DNA from: Deltaproteobacteria bacterium
GTDB lineage: Bacteria > Desulfobacterota > Binatia > Binatales > Binataceae
Direction of reading: 5' to 3'
Assembly: GCA_003135135.1 (NCBI GenBank)
Contig: PLDK01000007.1
Coordinates: 2,202 to 66,201 of the forward strand
Length of the DNA stretch: 64,000 nucleotides
Part shown: piece after piece, positions 1 through 9,698 of the stretch
How the letters are laid out: the number at the start of each line of letters is the position of its first letter
How positions within the stretch are numbered: the stretch's first letter is position 1
Made by a program: the position numbers and the translations under genes
The notes under the pieces: model-generated
What the model was told of the DNA's origin: nothing
What the model saw: the letters and a program-made list of their open reading frames with translations, nothing else
Databases searched by the model: none

Positions 1-757
1 CGGTTGGCTCGGTGCCGCCCGTTATCAGGCTTTTCACGCCGTCAAATAGTGGCGAGTTGTCTATCACGTAGAACAGCCCACCTCGTCCGTTCTGGCTGCT
101 CACACACTTCGGTCCCGACACTGTGCCCTGCTGATTCATATCACCAAGAATCAAATAATGGTCAGTCCCGGAAGTTGACACTCCCATCTTCGCATGATTG
201 AAGTTAGGGCCGCTTCCTCCTGTAAGGCCGAATTCTGTCCCTGCCCATTGCCCGGTCGCCGCGATTTCGACAGGGCCGGGGGTGCCAAGCGTAGGATCCC
301 AGCAAGCGATTTTAGTAGCGGGCGTCGTCGTGTAGATTTTCGGGCTTGCCCACCATGTGGCGGCGCGCAGCGGCACACCGCCAAAAAGGGCCGAAACCAT
401 CTGCCACGGCGGAACATGCAGGCTAGATGGTTTCGAAACCAATTCGACTCCGCTCGTTAACTTCGTCTTCGTAGGAGTTGTGCTGTCGGATCTCTTACCA
501 AGGCCTTCTACCAGCCTTTGAACATCCGCAGGACCTCCGTTATTAACGATCTGGGGATTTTTTGGATCAGTGACAACACTGGCGTTATGAAGGGCCTGAA
601 GGACATTTACGAGATCGTCCTTACCTAGCTTCAGGGCGAAAAAGTGTTGACTGACTTCGACGTTGTCGTCGTTCACACAGCCCAAGGTATTGCCGTCTGT
701 TTTACGTGGGTGATCTTTGCTACCTGCCGCAGGCCAGGACGGAGTCGTAACCTGCAT
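1..757 (-). CDS. PLD-superfamily (HKD-like motif NFNHAKMGV...LILGDMN) protein, 3'-partial; the C-terminus runs off the window start
   Basis: Continuous minus-strand reading frame from ATG at 755-757 (GTG just upstream) to position 1 with no stop. Translation ...TDPKNPQIVNNGGPADVQRLVEGL...GSGPNFNHAKMGVSTSGTDHYLILGDMNQQG... has an HxK...G(D/S)xN-like signature. Not in the ORF track because no stop falls in the window. Confidence 0.35.
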   Translation of the reverse strand, partial: MQVTTPSWPAAGSKDHPRKTDGNTLGCVNDDNVEVSQHFFALKLGKDDLVNVLQALHNASVVTDPKNPQIVNNGGPADVQRLVEGLGKRSDSTTPTKTKLTSGVELVSKPSSLHVPPWQMVSALFGGVPLRAATWWASPKIYTTTPATKIACWDPTLGTPGPVEIAATGQWAGTEFGLTGGSGPNFNHAKMGVSTSGTDHYLILGDMNQQGTVSGPKCVSSQNGRGGLFYVIDNSPLFDGVKSLITGGTEPT

Positions 758-854
758 CACAAGCCTGTGTGTGGCGAATTGCTAATTCTGGCACGGGACG
801 GTCGCGAAGCGCAGGCTTGCGAATCGGTGGGAGAGCGTTAAACTCCGGCGCGGC

Positions 855-1943
855 ATGACGTTGTGGTTCAGGCTGATTGCTCACCTGCTGGTGACCCTGG
901 CGCGGCTGGCCCGTCCCGGCGGGGTTCGTGCGGTCGCGGCCGAGTCGCTGGCGGTCAAGCACCAATTGTACATCATGAAGCGTTCGCAGCGCCGGAGTTT
1001 GAATCTAACCGCGTGGGATCGGCTGATTCTGGGATTTTGTACACTGTTGGTGTCGCCCAGACGCTTGGGCAAGATAGCCGTGGTGCTGAAGACCTCGACT
1101 CTCCTGCGTCTTCATCGAGTTTTGGTCAAGGGCAAATATCGTCTGCTCTACAGCTCCAGACCACGCCGTCGCCCAGGACCGAGAGGCCCATCACGAGAGC
1201 TGATCGACGCGGTGGTCGAGATGAAACGGCGCAACCCGTACTTCGGCTGCCGCAAGATCGCCGAGCAAATCTCGAACGCCTTCGGCATCGAGCTCAACAA
1301 GGATGTCGTCCGGCGTATTCTCATCCGATACTATCGACCGGGAGCCGACGGCGGTGGCCCCTCCTGGCTCGCGGTAATCGGACACGCCAGAGACCGTCTG
1401 TGGAGTGTCGATCTCTTCCGAACTGAATCAATTCTGCTCAAGAGCTATTGGGTCATGGTGGTGATGGACGTATACACCCGTCGGATCGTCGGCTTCGGCG
1501 TCGCGCCTGCCAATCTCGATGGCATCCGAGTCTGCCGGATGTTCAATCGCGCGACCGCGCGGCAGACTCTGCCGAGGCATCTATCCTCGGACCATGATCC
1601 GCTGTTTCGCTTTCATCGCTGGCGAGCGAACCTTCGGGTGCTCGAAGTCGATGAGATCAAGACCATTCCCGGCACCCCCCGTTCGCACGCTTTCGTCGAG
1701 CGACTGATCGGAACCATCCGGCGCGAATATCTGGATCGGATTTGGTTTTGGAACCAGACCGACCTCGAACGGAAGCTCGAGGATTACAAGGTGTTCTACA
1801 ACCAATTTCGCTGTCATACCGGGTTGACGGGGGTGACTCCGGCGCAGCGGAGTGGCGCAACCCCGTCCCCGCTCGCGCACCTTAACTCGTATCGCTGGCG
1901 ACAGCACTGCAATGGCTTGTTTCAGACCCCGGCCGCCGCGTGA
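855..1943 (+). CDS. IS transposase, DDE/rve integrase-core family (IS481/IS3-like)
   Basis: 362-aa ORF with an N-terminal HTH-like region and the integrase core (WSVDLF...VVMDVYTRRIVGF...HLSSDHDPLF...FVERLIGTIRREYLD...FYNQFRCHTGL). A diverged, frameshifted homologue lies at 28436-29480. Confidence 0.8.
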   Translation: MTLWFRLIAHLLVTLARLARPGGVRAVAAESLAVKHQLYIMKRSQRRSLNLTAWDRLILGFCTLLVSPRRLGKIAVVLKTSTLLRLHRVLVKGKYRLLYSSRPRRRPGPRGPSRELIDAVVEMKRRNPYFGCRKIAEQISNAFGIELNKDVVRRILIRYYRPGADGGGPSWLAVIGHARDRLWSVDLFRTESILLKSYWVMVVMDVYTRRIVGFGVAPANLDGIRVCRMFNRATARQTLPRHLSSDHDPLFRFHRWRANLRVLEVDEIKTIPGTPRSHAFVERLIGTIRREYLDRIWFWNQTDLERKLEDYKVFYNQFRCHTGLTGVTPAQRSGATPSPLAHLNSYRWRQHCNGLFQTPAAA

Positions 1944-2017
1944 GTCGGAATTCGCCACAGACAGGTAAAAAATCAGCTAACGTGGCATTAGCAGACTACC
2001 AGCGGGGTTAAATCACG

Positions 2018-2176
2018 ATGTTATTGATTCTCATTATCTTGCTGATTCTATTCGCCGGCGGCGGTGGTGGTTACAGAACCTATCATCACGGTCCCAGAGA
2101 TCCGGGCGGCTTGTTGATGCTGGTGCTCGTGATCATTTTGATCGTCTGGTTAGTCAACGGCGGGCTTCACGTCTGA
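2018..2176 (+). CDS. small (52-aa) two-TM membrane protein with a Gly-rich loop (DUF3309-like)
   Basis: ATG at 2018 to TGA at 2174-2176. Translation MLLILIILLILFAGGGGGYRTYHHGPRDPGGLLMLVLVIILIVWLVNGGLHV. Below the ORF-track size cutoff. Confidence 0.4.
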   Translation: MLLILIILLILFAGGGGGYRTYHHGPRDPGGLLMLVLVIILIVWLVNGGLHV

Positions 2177-2282
2177 CCATTTGATCACGTCGTAGCCGGG
2201 AATTGTGGCGCGGGCGGTTGGAGTCGAACCGGCGACAGTCCAGCTTGGGAAATCTCCCCTAGCACTGCTGCGGCCGCAAGAC

Positions 2283-2380
2283 ATGAGTGCTATCGTATCG
2301 ACCCGCTACGGGAAACTCGAAGGCGAGGAAGAAGACGGGCTGTTCGTCTTCAAGGGCGTGCCATTCGCTGGCGGTAGATG
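2283..2380 (+). pseudogene. 5' remnant of a type-B carboxylesterase gene
   Basis: Translation MSAIVSTRYGKLEGEEEDGLFVFKGVPFAGG matches the conserved N-terminus of carboxylesterase type B (..TRYGKv.G...g...FkGIPYA..), but the frame collapses after about 32 codons. Lies next to the IS. Confidence 0.4.
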
Positions 2381-2704
2381 GTCGTGCAGGTCGTCAAGGT
2401 CTTCGATTCCATGAACGCGCAGGCCGGCGCGCATGTTTCGCCGGTCGATCCGCGACCTGTGTCGGCGAACCGTTCGGTTCAGCTCAGGACTCGCCTGCTC
2501 CCGACCTTGACCCGCGACGCAGCTCATTCATCCTAAGCGCCTCCCTGAAAGGTTCGGGCGAGAGAGAAGGCGCGCGTGCGAAGTCCCGCGAGCCGATCTT
2601 TGGTTCCTTATATGACACAATTCAATTCGGTCGCGGCACATACCGATGTATGTCGACCGGCAAGAGCGTAAAGTGGACAAGAAAATCCACGCGGAGGAGA
2701 AAAA

Positions 2705-3259
2705 ATGATCAAGAAAATGCTCCCAATCGGAGCGCTTGCGATCGCGTTTGCCGGGTCTGCATGGGCACAGGATGCGGCCGCGCTTCTGAACAAAGCCAAT
2801 CAGATGAACTATGAGGAAACCGAGACGGCGAAGATTGCGCATGACAAGGCCGGCGACAATCAGGCGATGTTGACCTACGCCGACACGATCAAGGGCGATC
2901 ACGAGGCTAACGAAGAATCCGTTAGCGCGCTTTCACGCCAAAAGAGCATCAAGCTCGAAGGCACCAACACCGACAAGGTCGAGAAAAGCCCTCTGAAAGA
3001 CCTGAAGGGGGGCGCGTTCAACGAGGCCTATCTCGGAGATCAGGTAAAGGGACACAAGGAAGCTCTCAGCACGTTCAAGAGTGCGCAAGGGCAATTCAAG
3101 GGCGATCCGGATATGGAACTCTATGTCCAACAGACGATCCCCGTGCTCCAGGCGCATCTGAAGATGGCCGAGAATCTGAAGAATCACGTGTCCGAGGCGA
3201 GTCCCGAAAACCCGGCCAACAACAAGAGTACCACGGGTGGAATGGGTACCTCGCCATAA
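2705..3259 (+). CDS. secreted DUF4142-family protein
   Basis: Signal peptide MIKKMLPIGALAIAFAGSAWAQ. The ...NQMNYEETETAKIAHDKA... and HKEALSTFKSAQ repeats are typical of DUF4142. Good RBS-like GGAGGAG upstream. Confidence 0.7.
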   Translation: MIKKMLPIGALAIAFAGSAWAQDAAALLNKANQMNYEETETAKIAHDKAGDNQAMLTYADTIKGDHEANEESVSALSRQKSIKLEGTNTDKVEKSPLKDLKGGAFNEAYLGDQVKGHKEALSTFKSAQGQFKGDPDMELYVQQTIPVLQAHLKMAENLKNHVSEASPENPANNKSTTGGMGTSP

Positions 3260-3470
3260 AACTAGCAACCATTGGTAGTATCCCCGCGGGCTCCACGCTC
3301 GGGCTTCCACCTTCAGGCTTGGCAAGTGGACGAATCGGCCGCCCGATGCTTGCGCGATGCCGTGTGTCTGATATTGTCAAAGACTGCGGCGTCGGCGGTT
3401 GCCGGTACTGTCGCGCAGCAAAACGCCGGTGTAATATGGCCCCGTTTCCGAATTTTTGGAGGTTCCAGCG

Positions 3471-4361
3471 ATGCCTGCTCGCTCGATATCGACTGCAAGC
3501 CTGACCTTCGGATTAGTCTCGATACCGGTCCGTTTGTTTCCGGCTACGAGTTCAAAATCGGTCAGGTTCAACCTGCTTCACGAGAAGGACAAGAGCCGTA
3601 TCCAGGAAAAGATTTTCTGTCCGGTGGAAGAAAAGATCATCGACCGCAGCGAGTTGGTCAGGGGCTATGAGATCGAGAAGGGCCGTTACGTAACCTTCAC
3701 CGACGAGGAATTGAAAAAGCTCGAAGCGCAGGCCGATCGCGCGATCGAAATAGAAGAGTTTATCCCGGTCACCGAGGTAGATCCGGTGTACTTCGAGAAC
3801 TCATATTTGCTCGGATGCGAACCTACTTCGGCAAAGGCCTACCATCTGCTCAAGGAAGCGATGACAAAAGCGGGGCGGGTCGGACTCGCCAAGTTTACGA
3901 TGCTGGGCAAGGAACGTTTGGTGCTTATCCGGCCGCATGATGATGGCCTGATGCTTCATACGATGTACTACGAAGATGAGATTCGATCTTTCAAGGAGAT
4001 CGATCACGGGGCCGACGCTCCGGTCAAAGACTCAGAACTCTCGCTCGCGCAGCGTTTGATCGCGGACCTTACCCAGAAGAAGTTCGAGCCGGCGAAATAC
4101 AAGGACAACTATCGCGAACGGGTAATAGAGGCGGCCGAGCAGAAACTCGCGGGACACGAGGTCTCTGAGCCTACGCCGGAAGCGCGCCGTGGCAATGTGA
4201 TCGACCTGATGAGCGCTTTGAAGGCCTCGCTCAAAAAGCGCGGGGTCGCATTCAACGCCGAAGCTCAAGAGGAATCCGCGAAATCGTCCAAAGCGGAACC
4301 GTCGGAGGCTCTGGAACGCAAGGCTCAGCCGAAGCGATCGGGTTCTCGCGGCGCACGCTAG
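3471..4361 (+). CDS. ku: Ku protein (NHEJ DNA-end-binding)
   Basis: MPARSISTASLTFGLVSIPVRLFPAT... is the canonical bacterial Ku N-terminus. ATG at 3471 is preceded by GGAGG; the track's TTG at 3456 is probably not the true start. Basic C-terminal tail. Confidence 0.9.
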   Translation: MPARSISTASLTFGLVSIPVRLFPATSSKSVRFNLLHEKDKSRIQEKIFCPVEEKIIDRSELVRGYEIEKGRYVTFTDEELKKLEAQADRAIEIEEFIPVTEVDPVYFENSYLLGCEPTSAKAYHLLKEAMTKAGRVGLAKFTMLGKERLVLIRPHDDGLMLHTMYYEDEIRSFKEIDHGADAPVKDSELSLAQRLIADLTQKKFEPAKYKDNYRERVIEAAEQKLAGHEVSEPTPEARRGNVIDLMSALKASLKKRGVAFNAEAQEESAKSSKAEPSEALERKAQPKRSGSRGAR

Positions 4362-4433
4362 CGTCTGCCGGTTGATTGGCGGCGCGGTCGCGGCCAGCCC
4401 GATCTCAGATAATTCGACGCGCGGCGTCCCCCG

Positions 4434-7169
4434 ATGTCGCTGAGTAAATACCGCGAAAAACGGCACGCCGAGCGAACTCCAGAGCCGTTCGGGCATACCG
4501 TCCCGACTGGCCGCTCGGCGACCGGCGGGATCTTCGTCATCCAGAAACACGCCGCGCGGCGGCTTCACTACGATTTCCGGCTCGAGATGGAAGGCGTGCT
4601 CCGCTCGTGGGCGGTCCCCAAAGGTCCTTCGCTTAATCCGGCCGACAAGCGGCTTGCGGTCGCAGTAGAGGATCATCCGCTCGAATACGGCGACTTCGAA
4701 GGGGTTATTCCGGAAGGCAACTACGGCGCAGGTTCGGTTATCGTCTGGGATCGCGGCGTGTACGGCGTTCTGGAGGGCGAGGGGGGAGCGGCGCAGGGGA
4801 TACGCAACGGCAAAGTAGATATCAATCTCCACGGCTTCAAACTTGGCGGAGCGTTTACGCTGGTGCGGACCGGAGGGCGCCGCAATACCGCCCCAAAGGA
4901 CAAGCAAAACTGGCTGCTGATCAAGAAACGCGACGAATACGCCACGTCAGCCGACGTCCTCGAGGAGCATCCCCGTTCGGTGCTGTCGGGGTTGACGATC
5001 GACGAGATGCGCGATGCGCCGTCGGTGGGCCGGAAAGTTACCAGCCGACTCGTACAAGCGAAGCTCCCGGAACTCGCAAGTCCGGTGAAACGCGCCGATT
5101 TTCCGCTGATGCTGGCCAAGCTCGGCGGCGATCCTTTTGATAGTTCCGGCTGGCTGTTCGAACTCAAGTACGACGGCGTGCGCGCGCTTGCGATTCGTGA
5201 CGGCGCGACCGCCCATCTATACGCGCGCAGTGGAACCGAGATTACCGCGCGCTATCCGGAAGTCGTCCTCGCCTTGAATTCGCTGCCGTACGAACGATTT
5301 GTCCTCGACGGCGAAATCGTCGCGCACGGCGACGATGGCCGTCCGAGCTTTCAGTTGCTGCAACGCAGGATGCATGTGAATGACACGCGCCAGATCGCGC
5401 GTCTGAGCTTCGCGGTTCCGGTCCGCTATTTTGTTTTCGATCTTCTCGCCTTCGATCGTTTCGACACGCGAACGCTGCCACTCGAAGAGCGCAAGCATCG
5501 CGTAAGTGAACTAATCCTCGGCGAAGGTCCGGTGCGCTATTGCGACCACGTAGTCGAGCGGGGCAGAAATTTCTACGCGGCGGTCGCCGAGAAGGGGCTC
5601 GAGGGAATCGTCGGCAAATTGCGCAAGTCACCTTATCGCGGAGCGCGAAGCGGCGATTGGCTGAAGATCAAATGCCCGCAGATCCGGCGATTCGTGATTG
5701 GTGGTTACACAGCCCCTGAAGGATCGCGGACTCATTTCGGCGCGTTGCTGCTCGGTCAATACGAATCCGATGGCGCACTCCGCTACACGGACAAGGTCGG
5801 CACCGGCTTCAATCGCGATACTCTGCGCAAGATCCATGCGATGCTCGAAGAGCGCGCGCAATCGGCATCGCCATTTCGCAAGGCCGCCCTCGATGAGCCC
5901 GCGCCTGCAAGGACTGCGCGTTTCGTGCGACCGGAACTTGTCTGCGAGGTCAGGTTCACGGAGTGGACGAACAATGGAGGCGTCAGGCATCCCAGCTTTC
6001 TGCGCCTCGTCGAGGGTGCCGATCCGCGCGAATGCCGTTACGAGGGTCCCGAGCGCGATTCCGACCCGCCGGCGATAGTCGCCGAGCCTCGGGACGATCG
6101 CGGACCCACCGAGAAACATGCGGGAGATCGCGGAGTAGCTATCAGGCAGGCTGCCGAAGCCAACGTTGATGCCAACTCGAATGACATCAAGAAGGACCGC
6201 GCGAGCGGAGCTGCCACAACCGTGTCTCATCCGGATAAAATCTTCTTTCCCAGGGCGGGTTACACGAAAGGCGACCTGGTCGCGTACTATCGCGCGATTT
6301 CGAAATGGATGCTGCCCTATCTCAAGGATCGGCCCGTGATGCTCGCGCGATATCCCGATGGTATCGCGGGCAAGACGTTCTATCAGAAGGATGCGCCCGC
6401 GTTTGTACCATCGTGGATTCGTACTGAAAAGATTTGGTCCGAAGAGTCGAAGCGCGAGATCGGCTACTTCATTCTCGACACCGAGGAGGCTCTTGCGTAC
6501 GTCGCAAATCTTGCCGCAATCACGATTCACATCTGGTCGTCGCGCATCACTCACCTGGAACGTCCCGACTGGCTGCTGTTCGATATCGATCCGAAAGGCT
6601 CGACCACGCGACTGGCGGTCCAGGTGGCGCGCGAGACCGCCGCGGTTCTGCGCGAGGTGGGCCTCGAGCCATGCCTCAAGACCTCGGGCCAAATGGGGCT
6701 TCACGTGGTGGTGGGATTGGCGCCGAAATATACCTACGAGCAGGCAAGGATGTTCTCAGAACTGGTTGCGGAAATCGTGGTGCAAAGGATTCCTAAAATA
6801 GCGACCATCAATCGAAACCCGCGCTCGCGACAGGGCCGCGTCTATATCGACTACCTACAACTCGGTCACGGCAAGACTATCGCCGCGCCGTTCTCGGTGC
6901 GGCCCCTGGAGGGCGCGCCGGTTTCGGCGCCGATGAAGTGGGCGGAACTGAAACCGGCGCTCGACCCATCGGTTTATAACATCAAAACGATCCTGCCCCG
7001 GATGACGCGGCTCAAGCGCGATCCATTCCTCGACGCGCTCGAAAAACACGCCGATCTCGAAAGCGCGCTTGCCGAGCTCGAAGGTCTTCTGAACAGGAAT
7101 GAAAATCGAACCGGAGCTCGTACTACCAGCGCCAAGCACGACTTGAGCCGACAGGCTCGCGATCTCTAG
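4434..7169 (+). CDS. ligD: multidomain ATP-dependent DNA ligase D (phosphoesterase - ligase - polymerase/primase)
   Basis: N-terminal 3'-phosphoesterase domain (LSKYREKRHAERTPEP...HYDFRLE). Ligase domain with adenylation motif I ELKYDGVRAL. C-terminal LigD Pol domain (..HPDKIFFPRAGYTKGDLVAYY...DIDP...). Immediately downstream of ku. Confidence 0.9.
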   Translation: MSLSKYREKRHAERTPEPFGHTVPTGRSATGGIFVIQKHAARRLHYDFRLEMEGVLRSWAVPKGPSLNPADKRLAVAVEDHPLEYGDFEGVIPEGNYGAGSVIVWDRGVYGVLEGEGGAAQGIRNGKVDINLHGFKLGGAFTLVRTGGRRNTAPKDKQNWLLIKKRDEYATSADVLEEHPRSVLSGLTIDEMRDAPSVGRKVTSRLVQAKLPELASPVKRADFPLMLAKLGGDPFDSSGWLFELKYDGVRALAIRDGATAHLYARSGTEITARYPEVVLALNSLPYERFVLDGEIVAHGDDGRPSFQLLQRRMHVNDTRQIARLSFAVPVRYFVFDLLAFDRFDTRTLPLEERKHRVSELILGEGPVRYCDHVVERGRNFYAAVAEKGLEGIVGKLRKSPYRGARSGDWLKIKCPQIRRFVIGGYTAPEGSRTHFGALLLGQYESDGALRYTDKVGTGFNRDTLRKIHAMLEERAQSASPFRKAALDEPAPARTARFVRPELVCEVRFTEWTNNGGVRHPSFLRLVEGADPRECRYEGPERDSDPPAIVAEPRDDRGPTEKHAGDRGVAIRQAAEANVDANSNDIKKDRASGAATTVSHPDKIFFPRAGYTKGDLVAYYRAISKWMLPYLKDRPVMLARYPDGIAGKTFYQKDAPAFVPSWIRTEKIWSEESKREIGYFILDTEEALAYVANLAAITIHIWSSRITHLERPDWLLFDIDPKGSTTRLAVQVARETAAVLREVGLEPCLKTSGQMGLHVVVGLAPKYTYEQARMFSELVAEIVVQRIPKIATINRNPRSRQGRVYIDYLQLGHGKTIAAPFSVRPLEGAPVSAPMKWAELKPALDPSVYNIKTILPRMTRLKRDPFLDALEKHADLESALAELEGLLNRNENRTGARTTSAKHDLSRQARDL

Positions 7170-7417
7170 CGCCCGGCACGGAGCAGAAGCGTTGGAGCTG
7201 CAAGGTTTAGTCCAGTCCCCCTCGTCGGGGGCCTTGGGGCCACTGCTCCAGGAGGCTTTAAATTGTTTCTTGCCAACAGAGAAATTGCCGGCATGTTGCG
7301 CACGAACTGCTCGAAAGACACTTTCTCCGGTGCCGTCAGATGAGTAAATGACGCCGCATCCGCGGGCTATTTCGGGAATTTGAGCGGAAGGTCCGCAGAG
7401 ATAGGGACTTGATGGCG

Positions 7418-7648
7418 GAGAGAGGGAGATTCGAACCACGAGACTCTTCGCGCATCCGTCCGCGAAATTCTGCCGGAGTTTGGCCCGGTATTCAGCCTTA
7501 AAACAAGCAACAGAGCTGCAGAGAATCTGTTCACCTTCGGTTCGGCTAGACTTCAGACCCGACGGCGGCGTTCACGCTCTTGGTACCCTAGGGTGTGTAA
7601 TATCTGCTAGTTTCAATGGGCGCTACGAGGTTCTAATCTCCCCCTCTC
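7418..7648. repeat. MITE-like element with about 20-bp imperfect terminal inverted repeats
   Basis: Left end gagagagggagattcgaacc (7418-7437). The reverse complement of the right end ggttctaatctccccctctc (7629-7648) is gagagggggagattagaacc, 18/20 identical. Non-coding, lower GC, in the 775-bp ligD-poxB intergenic region. Confidence 0.45.
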
Positions 7649-7943
7649 AGGAGCAGAGTTACCGGCGCTAGAATTATCTCGCCCCGAACTCGCGGTCGAT
7701 CCACGCTTCAGGATGAATGCGGACCGGCTCGCCAATCTGAAGGAACTGATCGTGCTGATCCAAGGATGGCTGCAGTCGATGCCGAGCGACGAGGCTTCGA
7801 TGGGCCGCGATGAAGGAAGTCCGCGTACCACACGCACCGGTTCACCTGGTCGGGACGAATGGCTCGATCAGGGATAGAGGATGAAGACTTTAGGAATTCA
7901 ACCGTGAAATTCAGCGCGTTCATTTTCTAAGAAGGATTGGGCG

Positions 7944-9698
7944 ATGTCTAAAACAGTAGCCGAAATGCTCATCGAGCGACTCATTGACTGGGGCGTGGAT
8001 ACCATCTTCGGCTTTCCCGGCGATGGCATCAACGGCATCTTCGAGGCTCTGCGCACGAATCAGGAAAAGCTTAAGTTTATTCAGGTACGCCACGAGGAAG
8101 CCGCGGCATTTGCCGCCGTTGGCTATGCCAAATACACCGGGCGTCTCGGCGTGTGCTTGGCGACTTCTGGTCCAGGCGGTATTCATCTGCTCAACGGTCT
8201 GTATGACGCCAAGTGCGACGGCCAGCCTGTGTTGGCGATTACCGGGCACACTTTCCATGATTTGATCGGCACACACTACCAGCAGGATGTTGACCTCGAT
8301 AAGCTCTTCATGGACGTGGCAGCCTACAACCAACGCATCATGGGACCGGCGCACGTCTACAACGTCGTGGACGAAGCGATCAAGACTGCTCTCGCACGCC
8401 GCTCTGTGGCCCACATCACCATTCCCAAAGACATACAGGATTGGACCAACTCGGATGCGGAGCGCTCGCCTGCGAATATTCCCAAGCACAGCGCCGTTCT
8501 CTATGCCGCTGCCTATCCTTTGCCGCACAGAGGCTCGCTTCAACAAGCCGCGGACATCATCAATCGAGGCTCGAAGGTCGCCATCCTCGCAGGTGCCGGT
8601 TGCCTTAAAGCACGCGAAGAGATTCTGCAACTCGCAGAGCGAGTGGCCGGGCCGATCATAAAGCCTCTTCTCGGGAAGGCGGTCGTGCCGGATGACAGTC
8701 CATACACGACGGGGGGCGTCGGTCTGCTGGGCACAGCGCCATCACAGGATGCGCTGGCTGATTGCGATACTCTGATTATCGCCGGCAGCAGCTTTCCTTA
8801 TCTGGAATTTTATCCGAAGCCCGGCAAAGCAAAAACGGTGCAGATTGATCTCGATCCTGCTCGCATCGGCTTGCGTCATCCGGCAGATGTTGGTCTGGTC
8901 GGCGACTGCCGCGCTGTGCTGAGCGCACTGCTTTCGCTCGTAGACCAGAAAGAAGATCGAAGTTTTCTGGAGCAGGCACAGAAAGACATGAAGGATTGGA
9001 AGGACTTGATGAAGACGCGCGGCACGCGCACCGACATGCCGATGAAGCCGCAAGTCGTCACCTATCACCTGAACAAGCTGCTCGATAACAATGCCATCGT
9101 TTCCTCAGACAGCGGCACTATTGCTACGTGGGCAGCTCGCTACATTGAGATGCGAGACGAGATGCAGTTCTCGCTGTCCGGAACGCTGGCGACGATGGCG
9201 AACAGCTTGCCGTATAGCATCGGGGCGGCGGTGGCATATCCCGGCAGGCAGGTGGTGTGCATCGTCGGCGACGGCGGCTTCACGATGTTGATGGGGGAAG
9301 TCGCCACGCTCGTCAAATACAAACTGCCGGTGAAGGTCATCATTATCAAGAACGACGTACTCGGGATGATTAAGTGGGAACAGATGGTCTTGGAAGGCAA
9401 TCCGCAGTTCGGCGTTCAGTTGCAGCCGATTGATTTCGCGGCTTTCGCCAGAGCCTGCGGCGCGGGTGGCTTTACGATTGAAAAACCAGAGGAGGTCGAA
9501 TCCGTGCTTCGCGAAGCGTTGGCGTATGACGGGCCAGCCGTCGTGCAGGCGGCGGTTGATCCTAACGAACCGCCGCTGCCGGGCAACATTACAATGAAAC
9601 AGGCGCTGAAATTCGCGGAGGCACTCTTGCGCGGCGAGAAGGACCGTTGGGAGATCATCAAGACGGTAGTGGAAGACAAAATACGTGAGGTGATTTGA
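7944..9698 (+). CDS. thiamine-pyrophosphate enzyme, pyruvate oxidase / pyruvate dehydrogenase (quinone) PoxB-like
   Basis: 584 aa. The N-terminal TPP-pyrimidine domain aligns with E. coli PoxB (..GFPGDGINGIFEAL...RHEEAAAFAA..ATSGPGGIHLLNGLYDA..). The TPP-binding GDGGF motif is near the C-terminus. Confidence 0.8.
   Translation: MSKTVAEMLIERLIDWGVDTIFGFPGDGINGIFEALRTNQEKLKFIQVRHEEAAAFAAVGYAKYTGRLGVCLATSGPGGIHLLNGLYDAKCDGQPVLAITGHTFHDLIGTHYQQDVDLDKLFMDVAAYNQRIMGPAHVYNVVDEAIKTALARRSVAHITIPKDIQDWTNSDAERSPANIPKHSAVLYAAAYPLPHRGSLQQAADIINRGSKVAILAGAGCLKAREEILQLAERVAGPIIKPLLGKAVVPDDSPYTTGGVGLLGTAPSQDALADCDTLIIAGSSFPYLEFYPKPGKAKTVQIDLDPARIGLRHPADVGLVGDCRAVLSALLSLVDQKEDRSFLEQAQKDMKDWKDLMKTRGTRTDMPMKPQVVTYHLNKLLDNNAIVSSDSGTIATWAARYIEMRDEMQFSLSGTLATMANSLPYSIGAAVAYPGRQVVCIVGDGGFTMLMGEVATLVKYKLPVKVIIIKNDVLGMIKWEQMVLEGNPQFGVQLQPIDFAAFARACGAGGFTIEKPEEVESVLREALAYDGPAVVQAAVDPNEPPLPGNITMKQALKFAEALLRGEKDRWEIIKTVVEDKIREVI

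Noticed and set aside
2206-2230. possible minus-strand tRNA 3' fragment tggcgcgggcggttggagtcgaacc
   Set aside because: The putative T-stem has 2 of 5 mismatches and no complete cloverleaf is recoverable. At most it is a decayed tRNA remnant next to the IS.
7216-7230. GC hairpin ccccctcgtcggggg just after the ligD stop, a possible intrinsic terminator
   Set aside because: It is not followed by a T-tract, so a terminator function cannot be asserted from sequence alone.
7414-7437. tmRNA/tRNA-like 3' end on the minus strand (GGTTCGAATCTCCCTCTCTCCGCCA), with upstream sequence loosely resembling the tmRNA 3' region
   Set aside because: No T-stem can be paired (CGTGG versus CTCCC) and no acceptor-stem partner sits at tRNA distance. 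The motif is instead one arm of a 20-bp inverted repeat whose partner lies 190 bp away, so a MITE-like element explains it better.
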